64,000 bases of DNA from the NCBI GenBank assembly GCA_041743105.1, contig JBGTNI010000015.1, positions 5,667-69,666 of the forward strand, given 5' to 3'. This document shows, one piece after another, positions 55,519 through 64,000 of the stretch. Positions within the stretch are counted from its first letter, which is position 1. Each line of letters starts with the position of its first letter. A program made the position numbers and the translations under genes. The notes below the pieces were generated by a model. That model saw only the letters and a program-made list of their open reading frames with translations, did not search any database and was not told the origin of the DNA. Source of the stretch: Mycobacteriales bacterium. GTDB lineage: Bacteria; Actinomycetota; Actinomycetes; Mycobacteriales; QHCE01.

Positions 55519-55980
55519 ATGGAAACTCATAGTTGGTCCAGCCCTGATCCAGCAGCCGCCAGAGCCGCGCTCGACGATGTCGCTTCGGTCCAAGGTCGCG
55601 TGGCCGACCGGGTCGATTCGCCGTGGTGGTACCGGATGGCGCTGGGGCTCACGATGGCGTTGACGTTTGCGGCGATCGGTGTCGGCGGCAACGTCGCGAT
55701 TCTCGGCGCCGTGACCGGTGGTGCCGTCGTTTCCCCCTTGCTGACCTGGGCTGTCAGCCGCTCCACGGGGGTGTCACTGGACCGCTACCGGTGGTCGGGC
55801 CCAGTAGCGGCCTATATGGCCGGCCTGTTCGTCCTGCTGAGCGCCGGCCTATGGGTGCGCAGCGGACTCGACGTATCCTGGGCGATGGTGATCGCCGGAA
55901 TCGGGGCTCTGCTGCTGATCCTTGTCATGGAGCCCCGCATCGACGCCGCCGTGCGCCGTGACCTCCGGACCACTCGATGA
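55519..55980 (+). CDS. hypothetical membrane protein
   Basis: 153 aa from the ATG at 55519 (the upstream part of ORF 55123-55980 is antisense to asnB). Four hydrophobic helices. ATGA overlap with the downstream regulator gene. Confidence 0.55.
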   Translation: METHSWSSPDPAAARAALDDVASVQGRVADRVDSPWWYRMALGLTMALTFAAIGVGGNVAILGAVTGGAVVSPLLTWAVSRSTGVSLDRYRWSGPVAAYMAGLFVLLSAGLWVRSGLDVSWAMVIAGIGALLLILVMEPRIDAAVRRDLRTTR

Positions 55981-56291
55981 CCCGGACGCCCACCGATCCG
56001 GTCTTCGACGAGATCATCCACGCTCCCAACCGGCTGCAGATCTGCGCCATGCTCGGCCGCGTCGAGTCGCTGGCCTTCGCCACCGTCCGTGACGCTCTCG
56101 ACGTCAGCGATCCCGTCCTGAGCAAGCATGTCAAGGTCCTGCAGACCGCGGGCTACCTGTCGATGACCAAGGCCCCGTCTTACTCCCGCACCCGCACCTG
56201 GCTCTCCCTCACCCGGACGGGCCGGAAGGCCCTCGACGGGCACCTCGCCGAGCTACGGCGCATCGCCGCCCTCGCCGGCTCCAAGGTGTGA
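55977..56291 (+). CDS. winged-helix (ArsR/MarR-like) transcriptional regulator
   Basis: 104 aa. IHAPNRLQICAMLGRVESLAFATVRDALDVSDPVLSKHVKVLQTAGYLSMTK...WLSLTRTGRKAL. Confidence 0.7.
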   Translation: MTRTPTDPVFDEIIHAPNRLQICAMLGRVESLAFATVRDALDVSDPVLSKHVKVLQTAGYLSMTKAPSYSRTRTWLSLTRTGRKALDGHLAELRRIAALAGSKV

Positions 56292-56657
56292 TGGTGCGCG
56301 GTGGCCCGCACGCAGCCATCCGCTAGATCGGGTAGATCCGCGTGTGGCCTCCGCCGCAACCGGAGGGCCCCGGCGAGCTCGCTCACCAATGCGGCATCGT
56401 CCAGCCGGAGCGCGGCGGAAACGACCTGAGTGTCAGAAGCGGCGTGAGCCATTGAGCCGGCGCCTGCCCCATATCGGTACTGTGCCCTCACAGTTTCCGC
56501 TGCCATCCTTGAGCACGGCCTGACAGCCGAAGTTCTCCAGAGAGTGTTACTCAATATCGATGTTTGCAATCGGGTCGGGCTGGCGCACTCGGCGAGGCTG
56601 GAGGCATGTTGCAGGTAGTGGCCACGGTGCTCCAAGTCGATCCTCGATGGTACTAAG

Positions 56658-56764
56658 CCGTTCGTTACTAAGTCAGCACGAAAGTAGCTCATTTTGCAGA
56701 TCAGAGGCTGTACTTGTCTAGCAACTAACGTTGCTGATTAGTAAAGCAATGAAGGTTATTCACC
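56658..56764 (-). repeat. third copy (R3) of the HTH-TPR leader repeat
   Basis: CCGTTCGTTACTAAGTCAGCACGAAAGTAGCTCATTTTGCAGATCAGAGGCTGTACTTGTCTAGC... aligns with 38986-39090. A short extra half-box, GGTACTAAG, lies at 56649-56657. Confidence 0.55.
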
Positions 56765-56856
56765 TGAAATTTCTTGACAGGGAAGCTGCAGCTCAGGAAG
56801 GCAGCCGAACCCAACTGAATAACCTTCAATAACTAGTTCGCTGCAGATTCACCGCG

Positions 56857-59004
56857 CTAATCGAACAACGGCGTAATGCGCTTATAGCGGCCCGCGCGCC
56901 AATTCTTCATCTCGGAGTAGTACCAGCGCGAAAAACGCCGATCTGAAACTCCGCCGGCCAGACAGCTCTCCCATCCGCTCTCGGAGAAGTCAACTACCAT
57001 GCGATACGACGGCGCAAACGTGGTGAGTCGCCCGGCGGATCGGTAGATCTGTCCCTGGTGCGGCGTGGCGCGGCCACCGACCAGTGTCAGCGGCCCGCGA
57101 TCGAAGCCGAACACGCGCGGCAGTTTCCCGCCCAGGATCAGATGCTCCAACACGACCTTGCGTTTCTCGCCCCAGGGACGCGGTGTTCCGGTTAACGCTC
57201 GCGTAGCCGCTTGTTCGAAGAGCTGCTCCCGTGTCTTGGTACCAAACCAGGGCGAGCGATCCGAGAGCAGAACCCGATCGAAGCTGGCGTAGAAGTCCGT
57301 GAATAGGCCGGTCTCATCGAAGAGGAACCCGACCGTTTGCGCACCGAGCACGGGACCGAACACCGTGTGGAACAGCTCGGCGTAGAAGCGCTCGAACGCC
57401 TCCGCTCCCAACGAATCGGCGTCGTACTCGAGATTCCACTGCCCTATAGCGCGACCATCGGGTGTGTCGGGAAGCAGCGGCCGCAGCACATCGAGGAAGA
57501 GCTCGGCTTGTATCGAGCGGAGGTCCAGCTGGATTCGCTTCATATAGGCGGCATCAACTTCCTCCTTAGAGGCGAGAAGCTCGGTGATCCGCTGCGCCCG
57601 GTAAGACCCCATGGGGGCGTTGATGGGGGCGATCTTTCCCAGATGGTTGAGGTCCTGATTGGCGGTGACGATGAAACCGTCAGCCGGATCCAACGAGCGG
57701 GGCAGATCTGCTGCCGAATGGAATCCCTGCCAATCGTTGTGGGGGTCCCATCCCGGAACGGGGACCAGTCCACTCCAGCCGGGGCGCCGCACCGGTACCA
57801 GGCCGGACATTTGGTAGCCGATATGTCCGGCGGCGTCGGCGAGCACGAAGTTGAACGAGGTTTCGAGGGCACCAAGGTGACGCATTCCCTCCTCGACCGT
57901 ATGCGCGTTCCACAGCTCGAATATCGCTTCGATCGATCGGGCTCCGCCGCGCGAGCCGGACCACCGTGTGGATAGCTGGAACCCTTCGCGGACTGGGTCG
58001 CCGTCGAGAACTCCGTGTTCCTCGGTTTCCCAGAACACGACCTCCTCGGAGGCGCCGCCCTTCTTCGCGATGACCTCGGTGCGCTTGCGCAGTGGTACCC
58101 AGCCGTCCTGCCGGCGCACCTGGTCGCCCTTGACTTCTTCGATCCACGAGTCGGTGGCGTCGGCAAAGCTGTAGGTCGCGCCCCACGCCAGGTCGTTCGT
58201 GCGCGTAAGCAGCAACCCGCAGAGGCCGGGAACGGTCGCGCTGACCGCGTACCGGCCCGGCGTCTCCACAACGATCTCGTACCAAAGCGCGGGAAGGCGA
58301 TTGATCTCCAGATGCGGATCGTTGGCGAGGATCGCGCGTCCGGAGGATGTCCGCGATCCCGAGACGACCCAGTTGTTCGACGCCATCATCCGGGCGGCAC
58401 CCGCCAGCGAGCGAACCGACTCCGGCACGATGCGCTCGCCCAGTTGTACTTTTTTCAGCAACGCACGATCGAGCCCGCCCAGCTGACCGGGGAAGAGGGC
58501 TTCGAGGTGAGCATCGCCGACGCCGGCCTGGATCGACTCCACGATCCATCGTTCGAGCTCCCCCTGGGACTGGGCAAGTGTGAGATACCCGTTCATCCGC
58601 GAGATGAGAATCGTGTCCTCGATGCGCCACGGTTCCGGGCGGTAGCGAAGCAGGCGCATCTCCCACGGAGTCGAGCGTGCCAAAGCGAGGTTCACCCCTT
58701 CGACGTACGCCGCCGCAAGCAGCCGCGCGCGCTCTCCCAACTTCGCGCTCTCCTGCTCCAACCCACCACGCCAGTTCATTTTGCGGAAGAAGCGATCCAC
58801 CTCCACCAGCGAGGCGTCGAGGAGTTCAGCGGCGCGACCCTGACCAAGAATCCGCATGAAAAGCATCTGCATCGCGCGGTCGCGTCCGTGCGCATATCCC
58901 TGGCCGCGGTACAGACCCGTCTCGTCCTCCGAACGGACGTGGATCACCCCGTGCTCGTCTCTATCGAGGGAGATCTGGTCGTCGGCGTATACCCGTGCAG
59001 ACAT
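56857..59004 (-). CDS. penicillin acylase family protein (Ntn-hydrolase; possibly an N-acyl-homoserine-lactone or beta-lactam acylase)
   Basis: 715 aa. The SNNWVVSG context of the autoprocessed catalytic Ser, ANDPHL, overall length typical of the family. I saw no obvious N-terminal signal peptide. Confidence 0.88.
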   Translation of the reverse strand: MSARVYADDQISLDRDEHGVIHVRSEDETGLYRGQGYAHGRDRAMQMLFMRILGQGRAAELLDASLVEVDRFFRKMNWRGGLEQESAKLGERARLLAAAYVEGVNLALARSTPWEMRLLRYRPEPWRIEDTILISRMNGYLTLAQSQGELERWIVESIQAGVGDAHLEALFPGQLGGLDRALLKKVQLGERIVPESVRSLAGAARMMASNNWVVSGSRTSSGRAILANDPHLEINRLPALWYEIVVETPGRYAVSATVPGLCGLLLTRTNDLAWGATYSFADATDSWIEEVKGDQVRRQDGWVPLRKRTEVIAKKGGASEEVVFWETEEHGVLDGDPVREGFQLSTRWSGSRGGARSIEAIFELWNAHTVEEGMRHLGALETSFNFVLADAAGHIGYQMSGLVPVRRPGWSGLVPVPGWDPHNDWQGFHSAADLPRSLDPADGFIVTANQDLNHLGKIAPINAPMGSYRAQRITELLASKEEVDAAYMKRIQLDLRSIQAELFLDVLRPLLPDTPDGRAIGQWNLEYDADSLGAEAFERFYAELFHTVFGPVLGAQTVGFLFDETGLFTDFYASFDRVLLSDRSPWFGTKTREQLFEQAATRALTGTPRPWGEKRKVVLEHLILGGKLPRVFGFDRGPLTLVGGRATPHQGQIYRSAGRLTTFAPSYRMVVDFSESGWESCLAGGVSDRRFSRWYYSEMKNWRAGRYKRITPLFD

Positions 59005-59015
59005 CTGCCGAAGCT

Positions 59016-59244
59016 ATCATCGATACGGTAGAACGGTGACGAAACGTAAACTTCCCGCGCCCCTCGTCGAGCTCATGGCCCGCGGATGGGTGCCGCCGAA
59101 CGAACTCGACGCCGCGGCAGTGTCTGGGGCGGCACATCACCGCAGCTCGCGCGACGCCGTATCGCGGGCAGCATCGCAAACACTGGCTGGACAAACCCTG
59201 ATCATTCCCGCGGGGCTGGAAAAGAGTCGTAACAACGACGTCGA
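59016..59244 (+). repeat. left 229-bp direct repeat (pepP upstream 20 nt plus codons 1-70)
   Basis: Gap-free alignment with 61623-61851, 15 mismatches by my count. Confidence 0.85.
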
Positions 59245-59290
59245 CACCATTGCCCTGATCAATCTTGCTGCGAGTGTGAGAGGCGGCTAA
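59036..59290 (+). pseudogene. truncated 5' fragment of a Xaa-Pro aminopeptidase gene
   Basis: VTKRKLPAPLVELMARGWVPPNELDAAAVSGAAHHRSSRDAVSRAASQTLAGQTLIIPAGLEKSRNNDVD, then unrelated TIALINLAASVRGG-stop. Parallels codons 1-70 of the intact gene at 61643. Confidence 0.75.
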
Positions 59291-61622
59291 GCATCCACTC
59301 AACAGGCTTGGAGCCACTGCGAGGATCCGCAGGTCATTAAGTCTCAGCGACTAGCTGGCGGCAGGTCCTACTTTGCCGCTCTGAATGTTGTCGGACGCTC
59401 GTAGGCGCCGGGGCGGGCTGGTACCGGGTATAACGTCACGGCCCAGGTGCTCTTTAATCAGATGCTTGAGTTCGGCTCCGTTGATCAGAGTAATACGGTT
59501 GCGCTGGGCGAACTGTTCGCTGGCGCGCCCGAACCAGGAAGTAGCGACCAGCACGCCCGTGGTCGCGTTGTGATCGGCCATCACTCCGGTAAGGGCATGC
59601 ACGGCCTCGAGCCCGACCACTCCGGTCCAGCGTTTGGCCTGTATCAAGCAGACACCACCGAAGAACAGATTCTTGCTCGCCGCGACCGCATCCACACCAC
59701 CGTCCTTAGATGGCACGGTCCGCCAAGCCTCTGCGCCCATCGCCACGAACAAGTCCTTGACCAGATGCTCAAATTCGGTCGGTGTCAGCTTTAGGAGGTT
59801 TCTCCGAGAATCGAGATCGGCTATCGCGTCGAGGTCGTCAACAAATCGGAACCGCTTGAGATCGAAATCAATGAACGGCTCGACTGCCTCCATGTCGAAC
59901 GGGTTGGGCGACACCAACGCATTGAGGTGCTTCAGGCAAGCCGCCGGGTCAACCTCGGCTAGCACCAAATCGGTGAACGCCAATCGCTCAGCCTCCACGC
60001 TGATCAGATGCGGGCGAGCCTTCTTCCCGGTAGCCCGATCGATAGTACTTACCCGACCGTTGAAAACCACTGCTTCCACGACCTCAGGCGGAGTAGCAGC
60101 AAAGATCTCATAAAGAGTTCTCAGCGCCACGCAAGCAATTAGATGGGCATACCGCCGCTTGACTTCGCCATTCGGCCGCGCGACGGGATCAATGGCGTCG
60201 CGGGTCTTGATGTATCGGTACTCACACACGGCGGGGATAAGTTGCTGCCCTGGCAGCTCGAACTCCACCACCACGTCACGGTTCTCTGGTCGGTATGCAA
60301 CCTGGTGCTGCTTCGGGAACCCGTACGGATATTGCGAAGCGTCTAGAATCTGGCCGACAAACCAGTCCATCGCCTCGGCATCGCCTGCGGAGAACGCAGC
60401 CCGGCGAATAGCAAGATCAGCGTTGTACGCCGCCGCCTCGGTCTGTGCTTTCGCCACCTTGCGAATGTGTTCAGCCCTTGCCGCTGCCAGCTCGCGCAGC
60501 CGGATTGCTTCGGACTGATCGTATCGAGCTTTGGCAGCCTGCCATAACACTCGTGCTGTCGCCAGCTTCCGCTGGTAACGACTCATCCCGCCGAATAATC
60601 GGCTAAAACCTCCTGGTTCAACCGGCGCATAGCTCAACCAGCTGGGAGCAATCGCTGAAACGCCCAAACGGCCTGGGTAAAAGGCCGGCTGGCTAACGAC
60701 GGCTTCCAACTGGTTCACGCTGAACGGGCGCTGCCTCAAAGCGCTAGGTAACACATCGTCAAGCACCGCAATCTGTGCGACCACCGCAGCTGTCTTTGTT
60801 TTTTCAGAGCGCCGCTGATTAACAACATGGTGCTCCTTTGCTAGCTTTGCCTGTTCTCGAGCTTGCCGATCGGCGACCCTACGTGCAGCCTCTTCCTGAC
60901 GCTGTTGTGCGACGAGTTGCCGCTCCCAGTCAGACCGGTAGCCCCGACCTCGCTGTACCATCGACGAGGCTCCTAACCCGCTACGGTAAACAATGTTGCG
61001 ATTACTGTATGTAAATAACCCGCTCCTAACGAGTGGCCCGCATCGACCAATCTCACTAAATATGGACGGCGAATAGCTTGCAAGCGGTAAGTCACGTCGC
61101 CCACATGGCGTCGATCTGGCCGCTGCTCGGTAGGCCGTCCCTGTCTATGATCTATACCGGATCGCTATAAACACGTGCCTGGATGCACTGGCGTAACACC
61201 CAGAGCCGCGACAGGCGGCCCCTGTCGCGCAGTCGGGGCACCATCGTCAAGTCCGGTCAAGGTCTCCTGGCCCAGCCCTACTTGGGATCGGCTATTGGAT
61301 CAGGTGACGGCCAGCGAGGCCGAACCCGACCCAGCAGCCATGGCCAGTGACCACCGAGGTGCTGTCGGACAGCGATTCGATGCGGGCACTTGCCCACACT
61401 GAAACCGCATAGTCGGTCGCGGGGAGCTTCGCTCCTAATAGCCGGCCGTGACCGTTGAGCGAGGGGCAACCATACGAAATAGCTCTCAACCGCAGCAGCG
61501 TGCGCCAAGCGCTTGTCGAGGACAACCGGCACGTCACAGTTCGCAACATACGTCACCGGCGGGATGCTTTATCGAACGTGATGAAGATTTCCGCCTTCTG
61601 ACACGTGACACAGCCTCTCCAG
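59245..61622. mobile_element. putative integrated islet (cargo: Mrr-type nuclease gene) between the diverged pepP 5' repeats
   Basis: Bounded by the 229-bp repeats. Contains one gene plus about 660 bp without a convincing ORF. No integrase or transposase recognised. Confidence 0.45.
59351..60961 (-). CDS. Mrr-type (restriction endonuclease fold) nuclease with long N-terminal coiled-coil/unknown region
   Basis: 536 aa. The C-terminal ~130 aa (LTPTEFEHLVKDLFVAMGAEAWRTVPSKDGGVDAVAASKNLFFGGVCLIQAKRW...ATTGVLVATSWFGRASEQFA) matches the Mrr_cat D...(Q/E)xK pattern. The N-terminal ~180 aa are Arg/Gln/Ala-rich helical. Confidence 0.8.
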   Translation of the reverse strand: MVQRGRGYRSDWERQLVAQQRQEEAARRVADRQAREQAKLAKEHHVVNQRRSEKTKTAAVVAQIAVLDDVLPSALRQRPFSVNQLEAVVSQPAFYPGRLGVSAIAPSWLSYAPVEPGGFSRLFGGMSRYQRKLATARVLWQAAKARYDQSEAIRLRELAAARAEHIRKVAKAQTEAAAYNADLAIRRAAFSAGDAEAMDWFVGQILDASQYPYGFPKQHQVAYRPENRDVVVEFELPGQQLIPAVCEYRYIKTRDAIDPVARPNGEVKRRYAHLIACVALRTLYEIFAATPPEVVEAVVFNGRVSTIDRATGKKARPHLISVEAERLAFTDLVLAEVDPAACLKHLNALVSPNPFDMEAVEPFIDFDLKRFRFVDDLDAIADLDSRRNLLKLTPTEFEHLVKDLFVAMGAEAWRTVPSKDGGVDAVAASKNLFFGGVCLIQAKRWTGVVGLEAVHALTGVMADHNATTGVLVATSWFGRASEQFAQRNRITLINGAELKHLIKEHLGRDVIPGTSPPRRLRASDNIQSGKVGPAAS

Positions 61623-61851
61623 ATCATCGATACGGTAGAACGGTGACGAAACGTAAACTTCCCGCACCGCTAGTGGAACTCATGGCCCGCGGATGGGTGC
61701 CGCCGAACGAACTCGATACCGCGGCAGTGTCTGGGGCGGCACATCACCGCAGCTCGCGCGACGCCATATCGCGGGCAGCAGCGCAAACGCTGCCTGGACA
61801 AACCCTGATCATTCCCGCTGGACCGGAAAAGACTCGTAACAACGACGTCGA
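61623..61851 (+). repeat. right 229-bp direct repeat (part of the intact pepP gene)
   Basis: See 59016-59244. Confidence 0.85.
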
Positions 61852-63091
61852 GTACGACTATCGTCCCAACTCCGACTTTGCCTACCTCACGGGCCATTAC
61901 GAGCCCGATTCGGTGCTGATCCTCTCCCCCGCAGCGGGGGCCTATGACGGGCACACGCCTCGGCTGTACCTGCGGTCGCGGACCGATCGCAGCAATCCCG
62001 AATTCTTCACCAGTTACCACGGCGAGCTCTGGAGCGGGCCGCGTCGTACCGTGCAAGAGCACCAGGCGCGGCTGGGCTTGCCCTGCGCCGACCTCGCCGA
62101 CCTCGGCGATGCACTCGCAAGCCTCGACGCCGAGACCTCCACCGTGCTGCGCGGCGTAGATGAGCGGGTGGACGCAGCGATCGAGCCTGCGTCAGATGGC
62201 GGTGAACGAGACAAGCAGCTCGCCCAAACGTTGTCGGAGCTGCGCCTGATCAAGTCAGCCTGGGAACTCGAACAGCTCAGCGACGCCGTCGCCGCCACCA
62301 TTGCAGGCTTTGCCGACGTGGTGCGTGCGCTCCCGTCCGATCGACCCAGCCCCGAACGGTTGGTGGACGGTGTCTTCGGACTGCGGGCACGGTGCGAGGG
62401 AAACTCTGTTGGCTACCGCACCATCGCCGCCGCCGGAGCGCACGCATGCACGCTGCATTGGTCGCGAAACACCGGTGTATGCCGCCCCGGCGAGCTGCTG
62501 CTGCTGGACGCCGGGGTGGAGAACGTCCATTTCTATACCGCCGACATCACTCGGACCGTGCCGATCAGCGGAGAATTCACCGACGAACAGCGGCAAATCT
62601 ACGACATCGTCTACGCTGCACAGCTTGCCGGGTTTGCCGCAATCAAACCCGGCGTGCGCTGGAAAGACGTGGAGTCCGCGTGCACCACCGTGCTCGCCGA
62701 AGAGCTAGCCGACCTGGGGATCTTGCCGGTCAGTGCGCAGCAGGCGTTACGTGCCGACAACCAGACCTACCGCCGCTGGACGCTGCACGGTTTCGGGCAC
62801 ATGCTGGGCCTGGACGTTCATGACTGCGGACACGCTCGCGAGCAGATCTACCGCGACGGTGAGCTCGCCGAAGGCTATGTGCTCACCATGGAACCGGGCT
62901 TGTACTTCCAGCCCGATGACGAACTCGTACCGCAGCGCTATCGCGGCATCGGTGTGCGCATCGAAGATGACGTGGTGGTTACCAGCGACGGTTGCCGCGT
63001 TCTCTCCGACGCGTTGCCGAGCGAGCCCAGCGCGTTACTGGCGTGGATGCGGGAGCTGCGAGCCCAAGCGCCGGAGTTGCCTGGGCGGTGA
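61643..63091 (+). CDS. pepP: Xaa-Pro aminopeptidase (M24B family)
   Basis: 482 aa from the GTG at 61643 (the upstream part of ORF 61448-63091 was discarded). N-terminal creatinase-like domain (NNDVEYDYRPNSDFAYLTG). Metal ligands in LLLDAGVE..YTADITRT, HGFGHMLGLDVHD, LTMEPG, GIGVRIEDD. Confidence 0.9.
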   Translation: MTKRKLPAPLVELMARGWVPPNELDTAAVSGAAHHRSSRDAISRAAAQTLPGQTLIIPAGPEKTRNNDVEYDYRPNSDFAYLTGHYEPDSVLILSPAAGAYDGHTPRLYLRSRTDRSNPEFFTSYHGELWSGPRRTVQEHQARLGLPCADLADLGDALASLDAETSTVLRGVDERVDAAIEPASDGGERDKQLAQTLSELRLIKSAWELEQLSDAVAATIAGFADVVRALPSDRPSPERLVDGVFGLRARCEGNSVGYRTIAAAGAHACTLHWSRNTGVCRPGELLLLDAGVENVHFYTADITRTVPISGEFTDEQRQIYDIVYAAQLAGFAAIKPGVRWKDVESACTTVLAEELADLGILPVSAQQALRADNQTYRRWTLHGFGHMLGLDVHDCGHAREQIYRDGELAEGYVLTMEPGLYFQPDDELVPQRYRGIGVRIEDDVVVTSDGCRVLSDALPSEPSALLAWMRELRAQAPELPGR

Positions 63092-63245
63092 CGGCGCGGC
63101 GACGCGGTTCAAGATCAACTCGGCTAGATCCGCACCCTCGACAGAATATTTAGTGAGGAAGTACTATACTAAACTAGTACGCGGTCAGCTGCTGATGGCA
63201 ACATCAGCACCCGTGTCTGCGGCGTAAGCTGGCCGACGTACGTAC

Positions 63246-63989
63246 CTACAAGGTCGTCACCCATGGGTAGACGGCCTTTGTACTGTCAGACCATGGATGC
63301 AGTTGCAACCCATAAGAAGTAAGGGGTTCACCTGTCCGTCGATAGAAACGTGAACCAAGTTCGACAAGGTACCGAAGCTCGGTATTGCCGTGCCGATCTG
63401 GCTCAAAAGCGCGAAACGTTGCGGACGCGACTATGTCCGCCAACTGAAGGCACTCCATATTAGACGGCTGATCGATCCTGCCGCCACGAGAATCAACGGA
63501 GTCCCAAGCGATTTGACAGTCACGACGCTGCCTAAGAGCTCTCTCGTACTCCCGCAATTTCTCTTTCTTGAACCGAACGACATGCGCAAGATTGTACTGG
63601 AGTTCCCGTCCTTCATCGCATGCAAGCCAGGACAGACGCTCAAGCAAAAGACGGAACGTATCAAGGTAGAAGCGATCATTATCAACCACCTCCCCGACGA
63701 TTAAGTGACGCTTACAGACGGCGACGGAACAGATCTGAACCCACGGCCGCGTCCCAAGGCTGATCGCAGCATGCAGGCGATCAGAATGGGCCTTAAGGTT
63801 CTTCCAGTGCAATGTGTCACCCGACCGACGACGTAAATCAGCTCGCAGCTGCTTAAGAAATGTCGCAGCGGTAGTCAAGGACTCTTCAGCTATGACAACA
63901 GCCGACATTACGAAGTGGTCACTCGACACCAACGCCCAGGAGCGATCACCGGCCTCATCTATGAACGCATGCAGCGGTAAGCGGCTCAC
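63246..63989 (-). CDS. DUF3800-like protein
   Basis: 247 aa, GTG start. N-terminal HAFIDEAGD (the DE-x-G opening typical of DUF3800). Low-G+C codon usage. The GTGA at 63986-63989 suggests coupling to an upstream gene outside the window. Confidence 0.65.
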   Translation of the reverse strand: MSRLPLHAFIDEAGDRSWALVSSDHFVMSAVVIAEESLTTAATFLKQLRADLRRRSGDTLHWKNLKAHSDRLHAAISLGTRPWVQICSVAVCKRHLIVGEVVDNDRFYLDTFRLLLERLSWLACDEGRELQYNLAHVVRFKKEKLREYERALRQRRDCQIAWDSVDSRGGRIDQPSNMECLQLADIVASATFRAFEPDRHGNTELRYLVELGSRFYRRTGEPLTSYGLQLHPWSDSTKAVYPWVTTL

Positions 63990-64000
63990 GACGGCGTGCC

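Noticed and set aside
56180-56692. 170-aa minus-strand ORF
   Set aside because: Its first 12 codons are encoded by the leader repeat R3 and its last third is antisense to the wHTH regulator gene. I treat it as non-genic, possibly overlapping a decayed paralog (see findings).
57540-59031. Several long ORFs (243, 328, 338 aa) overlapping the acylase gene
   Set aside because: They are alternative-frame or antisense ORFs with Arg/Pro-rich low-complexity translations. The acylase frame carries the diagnostic SNNW and ANDPHL motifs.

Overview
High-G+C actinobacterial chromosome segment. The gene order resembles Mycobacteriales/Corynebacteriales as I remember it: histidine phosphatase-rsfS-nadD, obg-rpmA-rplU, rne, ileS-ndk-DUF4233-folC-valS, ftsK, rnj-dapA-thyX, the dut neighbourhood (OB-fold, DUF3159, DUF3710, DUF3093, DUF4193, LytR_C, IMPase), sigA, and coaD-rsmD-nusB-efp. 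Nearly all core genes are on the minus strand. I saw no rRNA, tRNA or CRISPR array. Accessory material sits between the core blocks:
- a lower-G+C pfkB-type kinase between rplU and rne;
- two VapC-type toxin-antitoxin pairs and one decayed ParDE-like remnant;
- a 685-aa orphan gene next to ftsK;
- two tandem membrane-anchored PQQ-like beta-propeller paralogs;
- two tandem HTH-TPR regulator paralogs plus an SCO5389-like gene;
- a long accessory block between efp and pepP (two SolA-like oxidases, cobB, asnB, a membrane protein/wHTH pair, a penicillin-acylase-family gene);
- a DUF3800 gene at the right edge.

The observations I rate highest:
1. A 2.6-kb islet whose only cargo is an Mrr-type nuclease gene. 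It is bracketed by 229-bp direct repeats of the pepP 5' end that differ mostly at synonymous sites, which points to xenologous acquisition.
2. A MITE/REP-like hairpin repeat family I cannot name. It has five copies, all intergenic, and two of them supply the last codons and stop codon of the adjacent gene.
3. The HTH-TPR paralog pair shares a low-G+C leader repeat. A further copy lies 17.7 kb away in front of what looks like a decayed third paralog.
4. The 685-aa orphan and the DUF3800 gene are candidate defence or accessory genes of unknown function.

All functional calls come from reading the translated ORFs and the DNA by eye. No database searches were run.
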